Positions 54,183 to 64,000 are shown, numbered from the stretch's first letter. The stretch is 64,000 nt of DNA from an uncultured cyanobacterium (GCA_963793425.1 CAWCAG010000001.1:256001-320000), one strand, 5' to 3'. Numbers and translations: made by a program. Notes: generated from the sequence alone by a model not told the origin.

Positions 54183-54290
54183 TTGCCGTATCTTTGAGTT
54201 AGGGCAGGAATAAGGCTGTCTCTAATCATGTTTCATTATCCCAGTCAGATGGTTGGTAGTTGAACTCAATTAAGAGCAAGTGGTAGTCAT

Positions 54291-55124
54291 CTAAAGTTGG
54301 CCTGGATCTACTCCTAGCTCACGTAATTTAGCAGCCAATAGTTCTGCTCTAGCTTTTTCCTGCTCGGCCCTGGCTTTTTCTTCCTCTGCTCTAGTTTTTT
54401 CCTGCTCGGCCCTGGCTTTTTCTTCCTCTGCTCTAGCTTTTTCTACCTCCACTTGTTCACTACTCCACAGCAAAAGATTTCCCTCACTGTCCCACCATCT
54501 CAGCCAGTTGATGTTTTGCCCTAATCTCTCACCATGCCATATTCCTAAAAATAGCTCTAATTCTGGTATCCACCATCTGCTATTCTCGTCTGCTTCCTGC
54601 ACCACATAACTGCCTTCGGTAAGAATCCTTACTTCTAAGCTCATCTCTTGAGGGTCATAGGTTATGTATGTGGGAACCTCTAGAATCTGCTCATAGAAGT
54701 AAAGCTTTCCATAGGGAGGGGTAGAACGTATTGATAACTCTCCACAATCTGTTTCTGAGAGAAATTCCATCACTACTGCTACTGGTTCTCCTTGTAGGTT
54801 AGGAGTATAACTACGACGAACTACTTCTGGTGCTACTAAATTTACTTGGGGAACGTAAAACCAATCTGGAGCTTTAATTACGGTTTTGTTTCTTACTGTG
54901 GCTACTAGCCCAAAGTTAGAGCCGATGAGCATTTGCGCCTCGATACCCCCTGCTGCTCCTAAAGCATCGGTGAGGGCCGCTGCTAAGGGAGGTTGCTGAA
55001 TGTTTTCCACTGGTTCATCTGGTAATACGAAGTCTTCTGGGAGTGCTTCCCAGGTGACATTGAGTTTTTTCGGAGTTGGTTGAGTCGGTTGAGCTTTTTG
55101 GGCTGGTTGAAGTTGTTGAACCAC
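54291..55124 (-). CDS. Uma2 family protein with C-terminal heptad repeats
   Basis: LPDEPVEN, KAPDWFYV, VMEFLS, GKLYFYEQIL, WLRWWD; EKARAEE/Q repeats. Confidence 0.92.
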   Translation of the reverse strand: MVQQLQPAQKAQPTQPTPKKLNVTWEALPEDFVLPDEPVENIQQPPLAAALTDALGAAGGIEAQMLIGSNFGLVATVRNKTVIKAPDWFYVPQVNLVAPEVVRRSYTPNLQGEPVAVVMEFLSETDCGELSIRSTPPYGKLYFYEQILEVPTYITYDPQEMSLEVRILTEGSYVVQEADENSRWWIPELELFLGIWHGERLGQNINWLRWWDSEGNLLLWSSEQVEVEKARAEEEKARAEQEKTRAEEEKARAEQEKARAELLAAKLRELGVDPGQL

Positions 55125-55197
55125 GGAACTACACCAAAGTTTTTAAGTATGGTCTGAATTCTTCTATGTTTTATTTTAAGGGAACTCTTTAACTACT

Positions 55198-55278
55198 ACA
55201 GGACTTACGCAAAAGACATAGAAATAGGTACTCGGAACAATTTCACTTTATGGTTTTTTCTTACTGCGTAAGTCCTGT
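55198..55278. mobile_element. 81-bp MITE-like element
   Basis: Perfect 14-bp terminal IR acaggacttacgca / tgcgtaagtcctgt; no clear target duplication. Confidence 0.65.
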
Positions 55279-55908
55279 TTATTCAAAATCAATAATCGGC
55301 CCTTTGGCAACTAAACCGCTGGGGTTAATGTGGGGATGGCTTTCGTAGTAGTGGCGTTTTATGTGGGTATGGTTGCAAGTTTCTTTAACCCCAGGGTGCT
55401 GATACAAATCCTTAAGATAATTCCAAAGGTGAGGATAATCCCAAATATGACGAAGATTGCATTTAAAATGAACGTAATAAACTTGGTCAAATCGTAACAA
55501 AGTGGTGAACAAACAAAAATCTGCTTCTGTTAAGCGATCGCCACATAAATATCTTTGCTTTCCCAAAACTTCCTCCCAAGCATCTAAAGCAGAAAATAGT
55601 TCTGTTACTGCTTCTTCATAGGCTGTTTGAGAAGAGGCAAATCCAGCCCGATAAACGCCATTGTTAATCGGTTGATAAATTGCATCCATCAAACCCTTTA
55701 ACTTACGTAGCAATAGGGTACGATGGGCCCAAGGACAGGCATAGGAAACATAGAGATGATAGCGCCCAACTTCGGCTTTAAAGCCACTTGAACCTTCTGC
55801 TGTGATGGAATCGCGGAAAGTGGTAGGATTACGCTTAAATCGTCCCTGAGAGTCTTTTTGATACTTTTCGTGATTCCATTTACCCTCAATGAGCATTCCT
55901 GTGGCCAT
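55279..55908 (-). pseudogene. Glutathionyl-hydroquinone reductase (YqjG/ECM4-like GST) with large in-frame internal deletion
   Basis: RYHLYVSYACPWAHR joined directly to INNGVYRAGF; the family's VTVPVLWD/NNES segment is absent; only 209 aa. Confidence 0.85.
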
Positions 55909-56058
55909 AGCTTTTATTAATTATTCAGTTATCAGTTGTCAGTTATCAATGATACCTAATAGGGAGATGGGGGAAGGGAATGATCTTTTCCTTGAAATTA
56001 GAAAAATTGCCAAAAAATCAGTAATATAACTAAGAAATATTATGATTCAACTTTATAG

Positions 56059-56955
56059 ATGGTGCTACGTAATCCCCCTAGTCCTCAACAATTATATTAC
56101 TGGATAGCTAAGGGAAAACCACAGTTTAAAACAAATAAGCTAAAGCTAAACTATAGACAGAAAAGATATTTTATTACTTTTAAAAAATGCTTACAAACAA
56201 GCGTTTATCATTGCTTAAAGTTGATTTTTATCCTAATCTTATTTAGCCAAGTTTTTTCTCATTTTTCTTTTGCTAATGATGGCAAAGTAATCAGAATACC
56301 CGCAGAAAACTTAGCTGAGCATGGTTTGACACCCACCAGTCAAATCTTTTTTATTCACGGTATCGTCAAAGATGATATTAATCAAAGATTTGGGGTAGAA
56401 CTTTCTAAGAAGATTAATTCTACTATTACTGTTATTAATAATGGTTCTTCCTGTCGGAATAATGATTCATCTTGCCGCAAATTAGGAGATTTCTCTAAGG
56501 CTTTCTTAAACCGTTTTGGTAATAGGCTACTCGGACGAGGCAATGAACCAATTATCAAGAGTGTTAAGCAACAATTGAGATTAGCATTAAACAATTCTCA
56601 ACACCAAGAAATTGTCGCCATCGCCCATAGTGAAGGAGGATTAATTCTTGAGGCCGCTATTAGCGATTTAAGCCTGGATTCTCGCCTCAAACTTGATAAA
56701 CTTAAAGTTGTCTTGATGGGGAGTCCTTTACATGAAGCTAAAATTGCTAATTTAAGCAATAAAGTAGGAGAATTGCAAATCTTCTCCAACCCTCAAGATC
56801 CAATCATTTGTTTGCAAAAAAACATTTGGCGTTGGTCAAGTTGGTTTGGTACAAATCCTGAAGTTAAAGACTGTGTACAAAATAGCGATCGCACTCAACA
56901 TTTAGACAGTGCTTATTTTAGTCATCTGGAAAACTATTTAATGAAAAGAAATTAA
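56059..56955 (+). CDS. Putative secreted alpha/beta hydrolase
   Basis: FFIHGI, IAHSEGG nucleophile elbow, MGSP, NPQDPI, late His; true start may be downstream of 56059. Confidence 0.7.
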   Translation: MVLRNPPSPQQLYYWIAKGKPQFKTNKLKLNYRQKRYFITFKKCLQTSVYHCLKLIFILILFSQVFSHFSFANDGKVIRIPAENLAEHGLTPTSQIFFIHGIVKDDINQRFGVELSKKINSTITVINNGSSCRNNDSSCRKLGDFSKAFLNRFGNRLLGRGNEPIIKSVKQQLRLALNNSQHQEIVAIAHSEGGLILEAAISDLSLDSRLKLDKLKVVLMGSPLHEAKIANLSNKVGELQIFSNPQDPIICLQKNIWRWSSWFGTNPEVKDCVQNSDRTQHLDSAYFSHLENYLMKRN

Positions 56956-56956
56956 A

Positions 56957-58102
56957 TTACTCTTTTAATTCAGTCAAAATAAATTGGCTGACAGTATTTA
57001 ACCAACTTATGGCTTCGTCTTTAGAAACATTTTGAGGAGGAGTTACAGCAAAAACAATATAATACTTTTCTCCTTCGTCAGTTTCCAGAAAGCTAGTATC
57101 GAGAAAAGTATGAGAAAACAAACCAATTCCACACTTACTAAATAGCTTTCCTATTTGGTTAGCAACTTTTTGGGAAAGTGGTTCTAAAAAGCGACAAAAT
57201 GTATCTTCGTTACTGAACCCTGCTTGTTGAGGGGTTTGTGACATGATCTCTTGCAACCAAAGCCAATCTTCTTCCCTTAAATCAAATTGCTCTTCTGGTG
57301 AAAAAACATCAGGTTGAACTAATCGCATTAAAACCTCTGCTAAGTCAGTTGCACTAACACAGTTTCCTAACTTTTCCCCTATTTCAAAACAAGAGAAGTC
57401 CTGAGATACGTTTTGTTGAGGAGATGTAGTGATTTTAGCTTGGAAACGGAGTTCAAAAGCGGGAGAATCTATAAGTGTACCTTGATTCAACATTAAACGA
57501 TTAACAGAAAAGTTGTTTAATCCTTTAACTCGCATTCTTGAGTTAAGATTCTCAAATCCTAAAAACATAATTAGCCGATTGGTTGCTTCATTACTAGAAA
57601 CTACTAAAGCTTGCTTAATATCTTCACTAATAGAATACCAAGAAGAAGTCCCTGAAATACGATACTCTGCTTCTTTTGGTAAGTTCATTTGCTTTAGCTG
57701 TTCTAAAACCAAGGCGGAAATTCCTACTTTAACAGTAGAAGCAGGATTGAAAAAACCAGCATCTTCACTATCTTGTATCTGGTTTTCATTGGTATCTTGG
57801 TAAATAGCTTGATGATAATAATAGTCAAATTGAGGAGGAGTTTGAGACTCATTCACCTTAATGAAAAGAGCTTTGCCGTTCCAGTTTTTCATCTGCTCAC
57901 TAAAATTCCCCTGCTCTAAAATCACCCCTAATTTTGTCAAATTACTTTTTACCTTACGTTCAGAAAATTTTGCCTCAACTTGATTATTTCTTGTTGAAGA
58001 AGTGACAACTTCCGACTGTTGTTTTGAGGTTTGAGGAGATGTTTGGCTACAACCACCCAAAAAAGATACTAATAACAGCAAAGCTAGATATTTCCTAATC
58101 AT
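56957..58102 (-). CDS. Serine hydrolase lipoprotein, class A beta-lactamase/PBP fold
   Basis: Lipobox LGGC; ASTVK (SxxK), SSN (SxN), KCG. Confidence 0.85.
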   Translation of the reverse strand: MIRKYLALLLLVSFLGGCSQTSPQTSKQQSEVVTSSTRNNQVEAKFSERKVKSNLTKLGVILEQGNFSEQMKNWNGKALFIKVNESQTPPQFDYYYHQAIYQDTNENQIQDSEDAGFFNPASTVKVGISALVLEQLKQMNLPKEAEYRISGTSSWYSISEDIKQALVVSSNEATNRLIMFLGFENLNSRMRVKGLNNFSVNRLMLNQGTLIDSPAFELRFQAKITTSPQQNVSQDFSCFEIGEKLGNCVSATDLAEVLMRLVQPDVFSPEEQFDLREEDWLWLQEIMSQTPQQAGFSNEDTFCRFLEPLSQKVANQIGKLFSKCGIGLFSHTFLDTSFLETDEGEKYYIVFAVTPPQNVSKDEAISWLNTVSQFILTELKE

Positions 58103-58104
58103 AG

Positions 58105-59703
58105 CTATCCCGGATAAGTGTTAATTTCCCACTGCCTTGTACCCATAGGACAATCTGAACCTAAATTGTTAATATCCCACTGAACATAAGCATTGTTGTT
58201 ATTTTTCCAAGTAACAGTGAAGTCACCATTACAGTAACCTGCTCCTCCGGACAGTGCAAAATTCCCTCGCAAAGTATCTCCGTTTCCGCAGCCCCCTGTT
58301 TGGGGGGAAGGAATTGTTACTGTTCCTGTCAGAGGTGGTTTATCATAGCCAAACACAGTTTGTACAGAGTTGAGTTGGCTAGTACCAAAGCAAATTTGGT
58401 CTAAGTTGGCAATCCTGGTTAAATTACTTTGGGAGCGCCAAACTCGGTTAGTTGGCTTAGGAGTAGAGGCAGGAGGAGGTGGAGGGGAAGAAGGAGTTTG
58501 AGGAGATGGGGAAACATTATTAGATTCTGGGGCTGGCACTTTTTCCGAAGGAGATGGAGCAACTTGAGGAGACTCTTCCTCCTCTTCAAGAGATTCTACA
58601 ACTTCTGCTTCCTCAGTACTATCTTCATCTGAAGAAATAGAGGCTACATCGACATCCGCAGAATTATTTCCACTTAAGCCTAAGCCGATAATAATGGAGC
58701 CAGAAACTACCGCCACAGCTAAGGTAATTAAGCCTACCATTAAACCTTTCTGAGAACCTGTTGCAGTTATTTCAGTGGGGGTAGAGATATCTGTAGGGGG
58801 CGGCAGTGTTGGGGGAGAAGTTACCGTAGGAATTGAAACAGGAGTTGCTACTTGAGGTGAGGCAACCGTAGGGGGAGTGGTAGTTTCTCCTTGAAGTGCA
58901 GACAATATCGCTTTAGCACTGGGGAAGCGATCCCGTGGGTGAGACATGACTGTTTTGTCTAACACCGTAGCAAAATCTGCACTAATGGGCTGCACTTCCT
59001 GTTGCCAAATAATCTCTCCGGTTTGAGGATCTGTGGTTAACTCTTGTGGCATTTTGCCACTAAGGAGATAAATTGCTGTTAACCCCAAGGCATATAAGTC
59101 GCTGGAAAATACTGGTCTACCAGCAGCCTGTTCACTGGGCATAAAGCCGGGAGTACCGATAATAATAGAGCTAGTGGTGTTTCCTTGAGAATTTACCGCA
59201 GTTCCCATCGTCTCCCTGACTGCCCCAAAGTCAATTAGCACAGGCAAGTTATCACCAGAGCGTAGCATAATATTCTCTGGTTTTATGTCTCGGTGAACTA
59301 TTCCTTGGCTGTGTACATAGTCCAACACAGGCAAAACATTGAGCATGATTTGCTGCACCGACTGCTCATTCTGCAAGCCCTGTTGTTGCAACCAGGTGCT
59401 TAAATCTACACCATCAACCCATTCCTGCACTAAATAAAATTGCCCTCCTTCAGAGAAATAGGCGTAAAGTTCAGGAATTTGCTCATTACCTTTACCAAGT
59501 TGCTCTAAGATTGCTGCTTCCCTCTGGAAACGTTCCTGCACCAACTGATAAACTTGTGGGTCATTAACTATAGGCTTAAGCTGTTTAATGACGCAACGAC
59601 GGGCTGAGGGCATATGAATATCTTCTGCGAGAAAAGTCTGCCCAAAGCCTCCGTGACCGAGATTTTTGATTGGTTGGTAGCGATTGTTGAGTATTTGTGA
59701 CAT
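58105..59703 (-). CDS. Membrane-anchored Ser/Thr protein kinase
   Basis: LGHGGFG, VIK, HRDIKPEN, IDFG, GTPGFMPSEQ; TM helix; Pro-rich linker; C-terminal 4-Cys domain. Confidence 0.96.
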   Translation of the reverse strand: MSQILNNRYQPIKNLGHGGFGQTFLAEDIHMPSARRCVIKQLKPIVNDPQVYQLVQERFQREAAILEQLGKGNEQIPELYAYFSEGGQFYLVQEWVDGVDLSTWLQQQGLQNEQSVQQIMLNVLPVLDYVHSQGIVHRDIKPENIMLRSGDNLPVLIDFGAVRETMGTAVNSQGNTTSSIIIGTPGFMPSEQAAGRPVFSSDLYALGLTAIYLLSGKMPQELTTDPQTGEIIWQQEVQPISADFATVLDKTVMSHPRDRFPSAKAILSALQGETTTPPTVASPQVATPVSIPTVTSPPTLPPPTDISTPTEITATGSQKGLMVGLITLAVAVVSGSIIIGLGLSGNNSADVDVASISSDEDSTEEAEVVESLEEEEESPQVAPSPSEKVPAPESNNVSPSPQTPSSPPPPPASTPKPTNRVWRSQSNLTRIANLDQICFGTSQLNSVQTVFGYDKPPLTGTVTIPSPQTGGCGNGDTLRGNFALSGGAGYCNGDFTVTWKNNNNAYVQWDINNLGSDCPMGTRQWEINTYPG

Positions 59704-59880
59704 GGGAGTATTTCTATAACTAGCTCATATATAGTCAAACGTTCACAGATTTTTTATAGAGCAGATGCCAGCTAAAATTCCCTTCTGAAGAAAGATGTGT
59801 TTTAGTAAACAGTATAAACTATGGTTTCCAGAAAACTGGGTAACAGAAAATTGTTCTAACTCTATGTGCTACTGCTATAT

Positions 59881-60171
59881 TTAGCTATTTAGCTTCTGTT
59901 TGAATAATGGGAGTAACTCTTCATAGCACTTCAGAAACGCGAAGTCACCACCATGCCGAGATGCACGGGCTGCGAAAAATAGTTCGTTACGTAGTTCAGT
60001 AAGAGTTGCCCTCGATTGAAGCTTAGCGGTTTCACAACACTTTTCAAAGGAACCAAAGTGTTCAAAACCGTTAAAAGTCATTGCGAAGCAGAATACAGCC
60101 GAGCGATCCGATAGTTCCGGCAAATCCGAAACGGAAAGATCCTCGTTTCTAATTTGTGTAGGTTCTTCCAA
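59881..60171 (-). CDS. Hypothetical protein
   Basis: 96-aa ORF (FAMTFNGFE...LRNELFF...RHGG), TTG start uncertain. Confidence 0.55.
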   Translation of the reverse strand: MEEPTQIRNEDLSVSDLPELSDRSAVFCFAMTFNGFEHFGSFEKCCETAKLQSRATLTELRNELFFAARASRHGGDFAFLKCYEELLPLFKQKLNS

Positions 60172-60245
60172 GGTAAGTCCAAAATCTAGATGATGTTGAA
60201 GTAGTGTTATGAGACGAATTAACTTGCTTTTTGTTTATTCTACAA

Positions 60246-61613
60246 CTACATCAGGCGTTGCAAACATAAATCTCGAAAATGTTTACCTCGATGTTCAAAA
60301 CTCCGATATTGATCAAAGCTAGCACAAGCAGGAGAAAGTAAGACTACAGATGCGCCTTTTTGTTGAGCAACTTCTAACCCTTTACTTACAGCATTGTTCA
60401 TGGTTTCTACAACTTCGTAGTTTTCATAGCCAAACTGTTGTAATCGTGCTGCAAAATGGGGGGCAGCTTCGCCAATTAATAAGACAAATGCAGCTTTATT
60501 AATAATGGTTTTTAGCCAAGGAGTATCATCTGCTTTTTTCATTTCTCCCCCAGCAATTAAAATAGCTGGAGTTGCTACGGAGTTTAAACCAACTATAGCT
60601 GCATCATAATTAGTTGCTTTACTATCATTAATAAAATCAATTCCGGCAATGGTACAAATGCGTTCTAAGCGGTGAGGAACTCCAGAGAAATTTTCAATTG
60701 CTTTGTTGATAGCAGTTTTATCAACTCCTGCTAACTTTGCTGCTGCTACCGCCATTAAGAGGTTTTGTTGATTATGTTCTCCTACCATTTTTAAGGATTT
60801 AATCGGTAAGATTTTTTCTCCGAAAGCTATTACCCAATCATCTTCAAGATAAACACCTTTTTCGGGGTTGCATAATAGTTGACTTTTGCCTTTAATACTA
60901 GTCCAACAAGCATTTGGCCAACTTTCTCTACCTTTATTTCTTAAATAGGGATCATCACCATTAATTATTTGTTGCTGACAACGCTTAAGTAAATTAGCTT
61001 TGATATTGTAGTAATTTTCTAGGGTGTAATGGCGCTTGAGATGATCGGGGGTTAAGGTTGTGAAAATACCAATTTGCGGTGCAAGTTCCCTGGAAGATTC
61101 AATTTGATAACTGCTAATTTCAGCAATGATCCAATCAGGCTTTGCAGACTCAAAATGGGTTTTGATGCCTAAATCGCAGGCTGCATAACCAATGTTACCG
61201 CAAGCAGGGGCAGATAACCCCGCAGCTTGGAAAATAGCAGCGGTTAGGGCAGTGGTGGTGGTTTTACCATTAGTTCCGGTGATGCCTACCCAAGGGGAAG
61301 AGTTAAGGTAACGCCAAGCCAATTCCATTTCACCAATGGTATCAATACCTTTACTTCTTGCTTCTACCAATAAAGGAATGTCCCAAGCTACTCCGGGACT
61401 TACTACCAATAAATCTGGTAGTTGTGTTTCCTCTAAGCTGGGGGTATGCCCCAATTTGACAGAAATACCTTCTTCTTCTAAAGCTTGCTTCTTTGCCTCT
61501 AAGGTAGGGGAGCTATTACCATCGCTTAACTCCACTTCCCAACCCTTAAGTTTCAACAACCGTGCTGAAGTTGTTCCTGATCTACCTAACCCAATAATGT
61601 AAGCTTGAACCAT
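60246..61613 (-). CDS. murD: UDP-N-acetylmuramoyl-L-alanine:D-glutamate ligase
   Basis: IGLGRSG, VSPG, ITGTNGKTT, NDSKATN, LSPACASFDQY; ATG at 61613. Confidence 0.97.
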   Translation of the reverse strand: MVQAYIIGLGRSGTTSARLLKLKGWEVELSDGNSSPTLEAKKQALEEEGISVKLGHTPSLEETQLPDLLVVSPGVAWDIPLLVEARSKGIDTIGEMELAWRYLNSSPWVGITGTNGKTTTTALTAAIFQAAGLSAPACGNIGYAACDLGIKTHFESAKPDWIIAEISSYQIESSRELAPQIGIFTTLTPDHLKRHYTLENYYNIKANLLKRCQQQIINGDDPYLRNKGRESWPNACWTSIKGKSQLLCNPEKGVYLEDDWVIAFGEKILPIKSLKMVGEHNQQNLLMAVAAAKLAGVDKTAINKAIENFSGVPHRLERICTIAGIDFINDSKATNYDAAIVGLNSVATPAILIAGGEMKKADDTPWLKTIINKAAFVLLIGEAAPHFAARLQQFGYENYEVVETMNNAVSKGLEVAQQKGASVVLLSPACASFDQYRSFEHRGKHFRDLCLQRLM

Positions 61614-61668
61614 AAAATCTGATTGCCACAAGTTTTTAGCATTTTACAATAAGGTTTTTGTTTACTCC

Positions 61669-62214
61669 CTACAAAACTAATTCTTTTTCTAAAAATTCTA
61701 TAGCTTCCTGACACCAACCAATATAATTCTCTTCGTAGCGAATACCTTGGCGTAGGGTTAGGTATTGGCATTTGTGAGGAAAAGATAGTTGGTGAGGTTG
61801 AGGAAAATTTTGTTGGGCAATGCCTTTATACACATCTAATTGACGCTTATGTAATTGGCGATGACGTTCTAACTCTCGGATCAGAATTTGTGGCTTAACC
61901 AGATAGCCTGCAAATAATTTAACCAAAACTTCTTCTTTGTGGGGGCTAACTTTGCCTGGTTTAGCTATCCACTCAATAATTTTTTCTTTACCTAATTTGG
62001 TTAAAGAGTAAATTTTTTTGTTGGGACGACCTTCTTGAGTTATGGTTTCAGCAAAGATCCAGCTTTTTTCCTCTAACTTATTTAACTCTCGATAAATTTG
62101 CTGGTGGCTTGCTTGCCAAAAAAAACTCACTGAGGAATCAAACTTTTTAGCGATGTCGTAGCCGCTAGCTGGCTCGTCGGTTAAGGTGGCTAAGATGGCA
62201 TAGGTTAGACTCAT
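61669..62214 (-). CDS. PadR-family transcriptional regulator
   Basis: SGYDI, FWQASHQQIYREL, RPNKKIYSLT. Confidence 0.95.
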   Translation of the reverse strand: MSLTYAILATLTDEPASGYDIAKKFDSSVSFFWQASHQQIYRELNKLEEKSWIFAETITQEGRPNKKIYSLTKLGKEKIIEWIAKPGKVSPHKEEVLVKLFAGYLVKPQILIRELERHRQLHKRQLDVYKGIAQQNFPQPHQLSFPHKCQYLTLRQGIRYEENYIGWCQEAIEFLEKELVL

Positions 62215-62414
62215 AGTCTAGCAGGAACAGGGAGTAGGGGAGGAATAGTTGCTATGTCTAAAAGTGTGAGGTGTTTATTCTGTCGTTATAGTTGTGGCTA
62301 TTGGTATAATTCAACTCCTCAACATGGCAAAATTCTGCACCTAATTTTAGATATTCACATGGTTGCATAGTATACCATTTGCACAGACCAGAGGGAAAGC
62401 TTAACTGGCAAAAT

Positions 62415-63614
62415 TTACTTTTGTTGCTCCAATACAGGTACTGTTTTAGGAATAGATGAGGGAGGAGGATTATTTTCATTTTCAGGAGGATCAAAGGTTT
62501 GTCCTTCTGGGGCAGTGAAAATTAAGTCTCTAGGCTGATTGGTGGGAGTTTGTTGTTGGTTTCTGGCGGGAGGAGATTGTCCGATGGTCGGTGGTTTTAA
62601 TGGGCGCAAACCCAACCCACTATTACTTTCTGCACCGAGGTTAATTTGTTCTAAGTCAGGAATTTTGGGTTGCAAACTGTTGCTACTTATGGGGGGTGCG
62701 GTGGGAGTGAATTCTGGGGAAGAATTATTGTTATTGATAGTTGGGGGAATGATGCCGACTTCTGGGGCATTGAAGATTAAATCTGGGGGTGGGTTTTCTT
62801 CTTTTGGGTTAGGGGTTGATGGGGTTGATGGGGGAAGAGAGTTACTTGTTGTGGGTGATGGTAGAGGAGTTTGGGAAGGGGGATTTTCTTCTAAGTTGGG
62901 TAGGCTTGAGGAGTCTGTTACTTCTATAGGGGCAGTTATGGCTACAGGAGGGGCAGTATTGGGGTTATTAACTGCTACATTTTCTGTTTCTGTTTCTGTT
63001 TCTGTTTCTGTTTGGGGTTGTGGTGCGATCGCAGCTATATAAGGTAGAGGGGTTTCAATTGCTGTTAAATCCCCAGTTAAGTAAATATGCCCAAGATCCC
63101 GACCATCAAGAACTCTTCTGGTAAAACGCCAACCAGGATTTAAGGTGATTCTTTGGAAACCCTTACCTATACTTTTAGTTCTACCAATTTCGATGGGAAT
63201 AGTAATAGAGCCTTGAGTTGACTTTCCCACTAGGACAAGATCACCATCATCTTCAATGATCTCAATTTTATATTCCGGGGCTAAATCCTGCCCATCTAAG
63301 CGAATTGAGTAATCATTGCTACTATCACGAATTTCGCAAATGCCATCATAATTAGATTGCTGAGGTAGGGGCTTGATGCGTTCAGGGTGAGAATCGCTTT
63401 CTATCCAACAGGCATAAGAGTCGTAGAGTTGTTCAACAATTACCAGCCGATAATTTTGGGGACTATTACCAAAAGGGGCGGCTATAGCCATGAAGTGACT
63501 AGGGTTAACTTCTGCGGTACTAAATTCGATAGTTAAAGCTAAACGAGGCTTACTAAGGCAGAAAAAGCAAGTACTGGCTAGGACAGCAACTAAGAATTGA
63601 GGAACGATTTTCAT
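62415..63614 (-). CDS. DUF3747-domain secreted protein with Pro-rich tail
   Basis: Signal peptide, AIAAPF, GICE...DSSNDYSIR, LNPGWRFTRR, LGHIYL. Confidence 0.8.
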   Translation of the reverse strand: MKIVPQFLVAVLASTCFFCLSKPRLALTIEFSTAEVNPSHFMAIAAPFGNSPQNYRLVIVEQLYDSYACWIESDSHPERIKPLPQQSNYDGICEIRDSSNDYSIRLDGQDLAPEYKIEIIEDDGDLVLVGKSTQGSITIPIEIGRTKSIGKGFQRITLNPGWRFTRRVLDGRDLGHIYLTGDLTAIETPLPYIAAIAPQPQTETETETETENVAVNNPNTAPPVAITAPIEVTDSSSLPNLEENPPSQTPLPSPTTSNSLPPSTPSTPNPKEENPPPDLIFNAPEVGIIPPTINNNNSSPEFTPTAPPISSNSLQPKIPDLEQINLGAESNSGLGLRPLKPPTIGQSPPARNQQQTPTNQPRDLIFTAPEGQTFDPPENENNPPPSSIPKTVPVLEQQK

Positions 63615-63721
63615 GAATCTTGGAGCGGTTTATAACCGACTATTGACTATTCTATATCCCTTTGAATGAGTCAAAAGCCCATAAAAGAACATTTTTCAAG
63701 CTTATTTAAAGTTTCTGTGAA

Positions 63722-63751
63722 GAAAGACCAAAATTAATCACTTCTTAACAG
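63722..63751 (+). promoter_or_regulatory. Possible Pho (SphR) box
   Basis: ATTAATCA and CTTAACAG with TTAA cores 11 bp apart (63734, 63745) upstream of a phosphatase-like gene. Confidence 0.35.
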
Positions 63752-63812
63752 TACCTCTGTAGTCTCGTAAAGGCCAATAGTAAATTTTGTAAAAAGTTTA
63801 AACGTATCTTCC

Positions 63813-64000
63813 ATGCCAAAAATTAGCCAGTGGACTGCATTTTATTCCTTCATTCCCTTGTTTTTCGGGGCTTTAAGTACACCAGCTATAGCTTTTAGCC
63901 TTACTCCTATCGGCACTTTTGAAACCGGAATCTTTGATGAGAGTGCTGCGGAAATTCCTGCCTATGATCCTCTTACGAAGAGTCTTTTTGTAACTAATGG
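63813..64000 (+). CDS. Secreted choice-of-anchor I / alkaline-phosphatase-associated domain protein, runs off the right edge
   Basis: Hand translation MPKISQWTAF...PAIAFSLTPIGTFETGIFDESAAEIPAYDPLTKSLFVTN. Confidence 0.75.
   Translation, partial: MPKISQWTAFYSFIPLFFGALSTPAIAFSLTPIGTFETGIFDESAAEIPAYDPLTKSLFVTN

Noticed and set aside
1..64000. Frequent GCGATCGC octamers as a novel repeat
   Set aside because: This is the well-known cyanobacterial HIP1 sequence

Overview
Chromosomal window of a cyanobacterium (HIP1 octamer GCGATCGC recurs throughout; typical cyanobacterial genes). Housekeeping genes (def, ccs1/ccdA, ferredoxin-GOGAT, sdhA, bioB, rseP, nth, rpsN, aat, murD) are interleaved with accessory material: a 1089-aa propeller/coiled-coil repeat protein, an MmeI-like Type IIL restriction-modification gene, a TRAP transporter pair, an hpsE-like glycosyltransferase cluster, a NACHT-pentapeptide-TPR gene, a sugar-phosphate cyclase (DDGS/MysA-type) paired with a DUF6492-like gene instead of mysBCD, and a Ser/Thr kinase plus beta-lactamase-fold lipoprotein pair. 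Intergenic DNA carries many repeats: a 311-bp hairpin-bearing element in a 3.8-copy tandem array with a fifth dispersed copy, a duplicated 110-bp promoter-bearing segment, a solitary CRISPR-repeat-like sequence, REP-like palindromes, a small MITE-like element and heptamer arrays. About ten genes are damaged (1-bp indels, one nonsense codon, several large internal deletions); real decay cannot be separated from consensus error without reads. No rRNA, tRNA, CRISPR array, cas gene, reverse transcriptase or intact transposase was recognised. All family assignments are from motif recognition by eye, not database searches.
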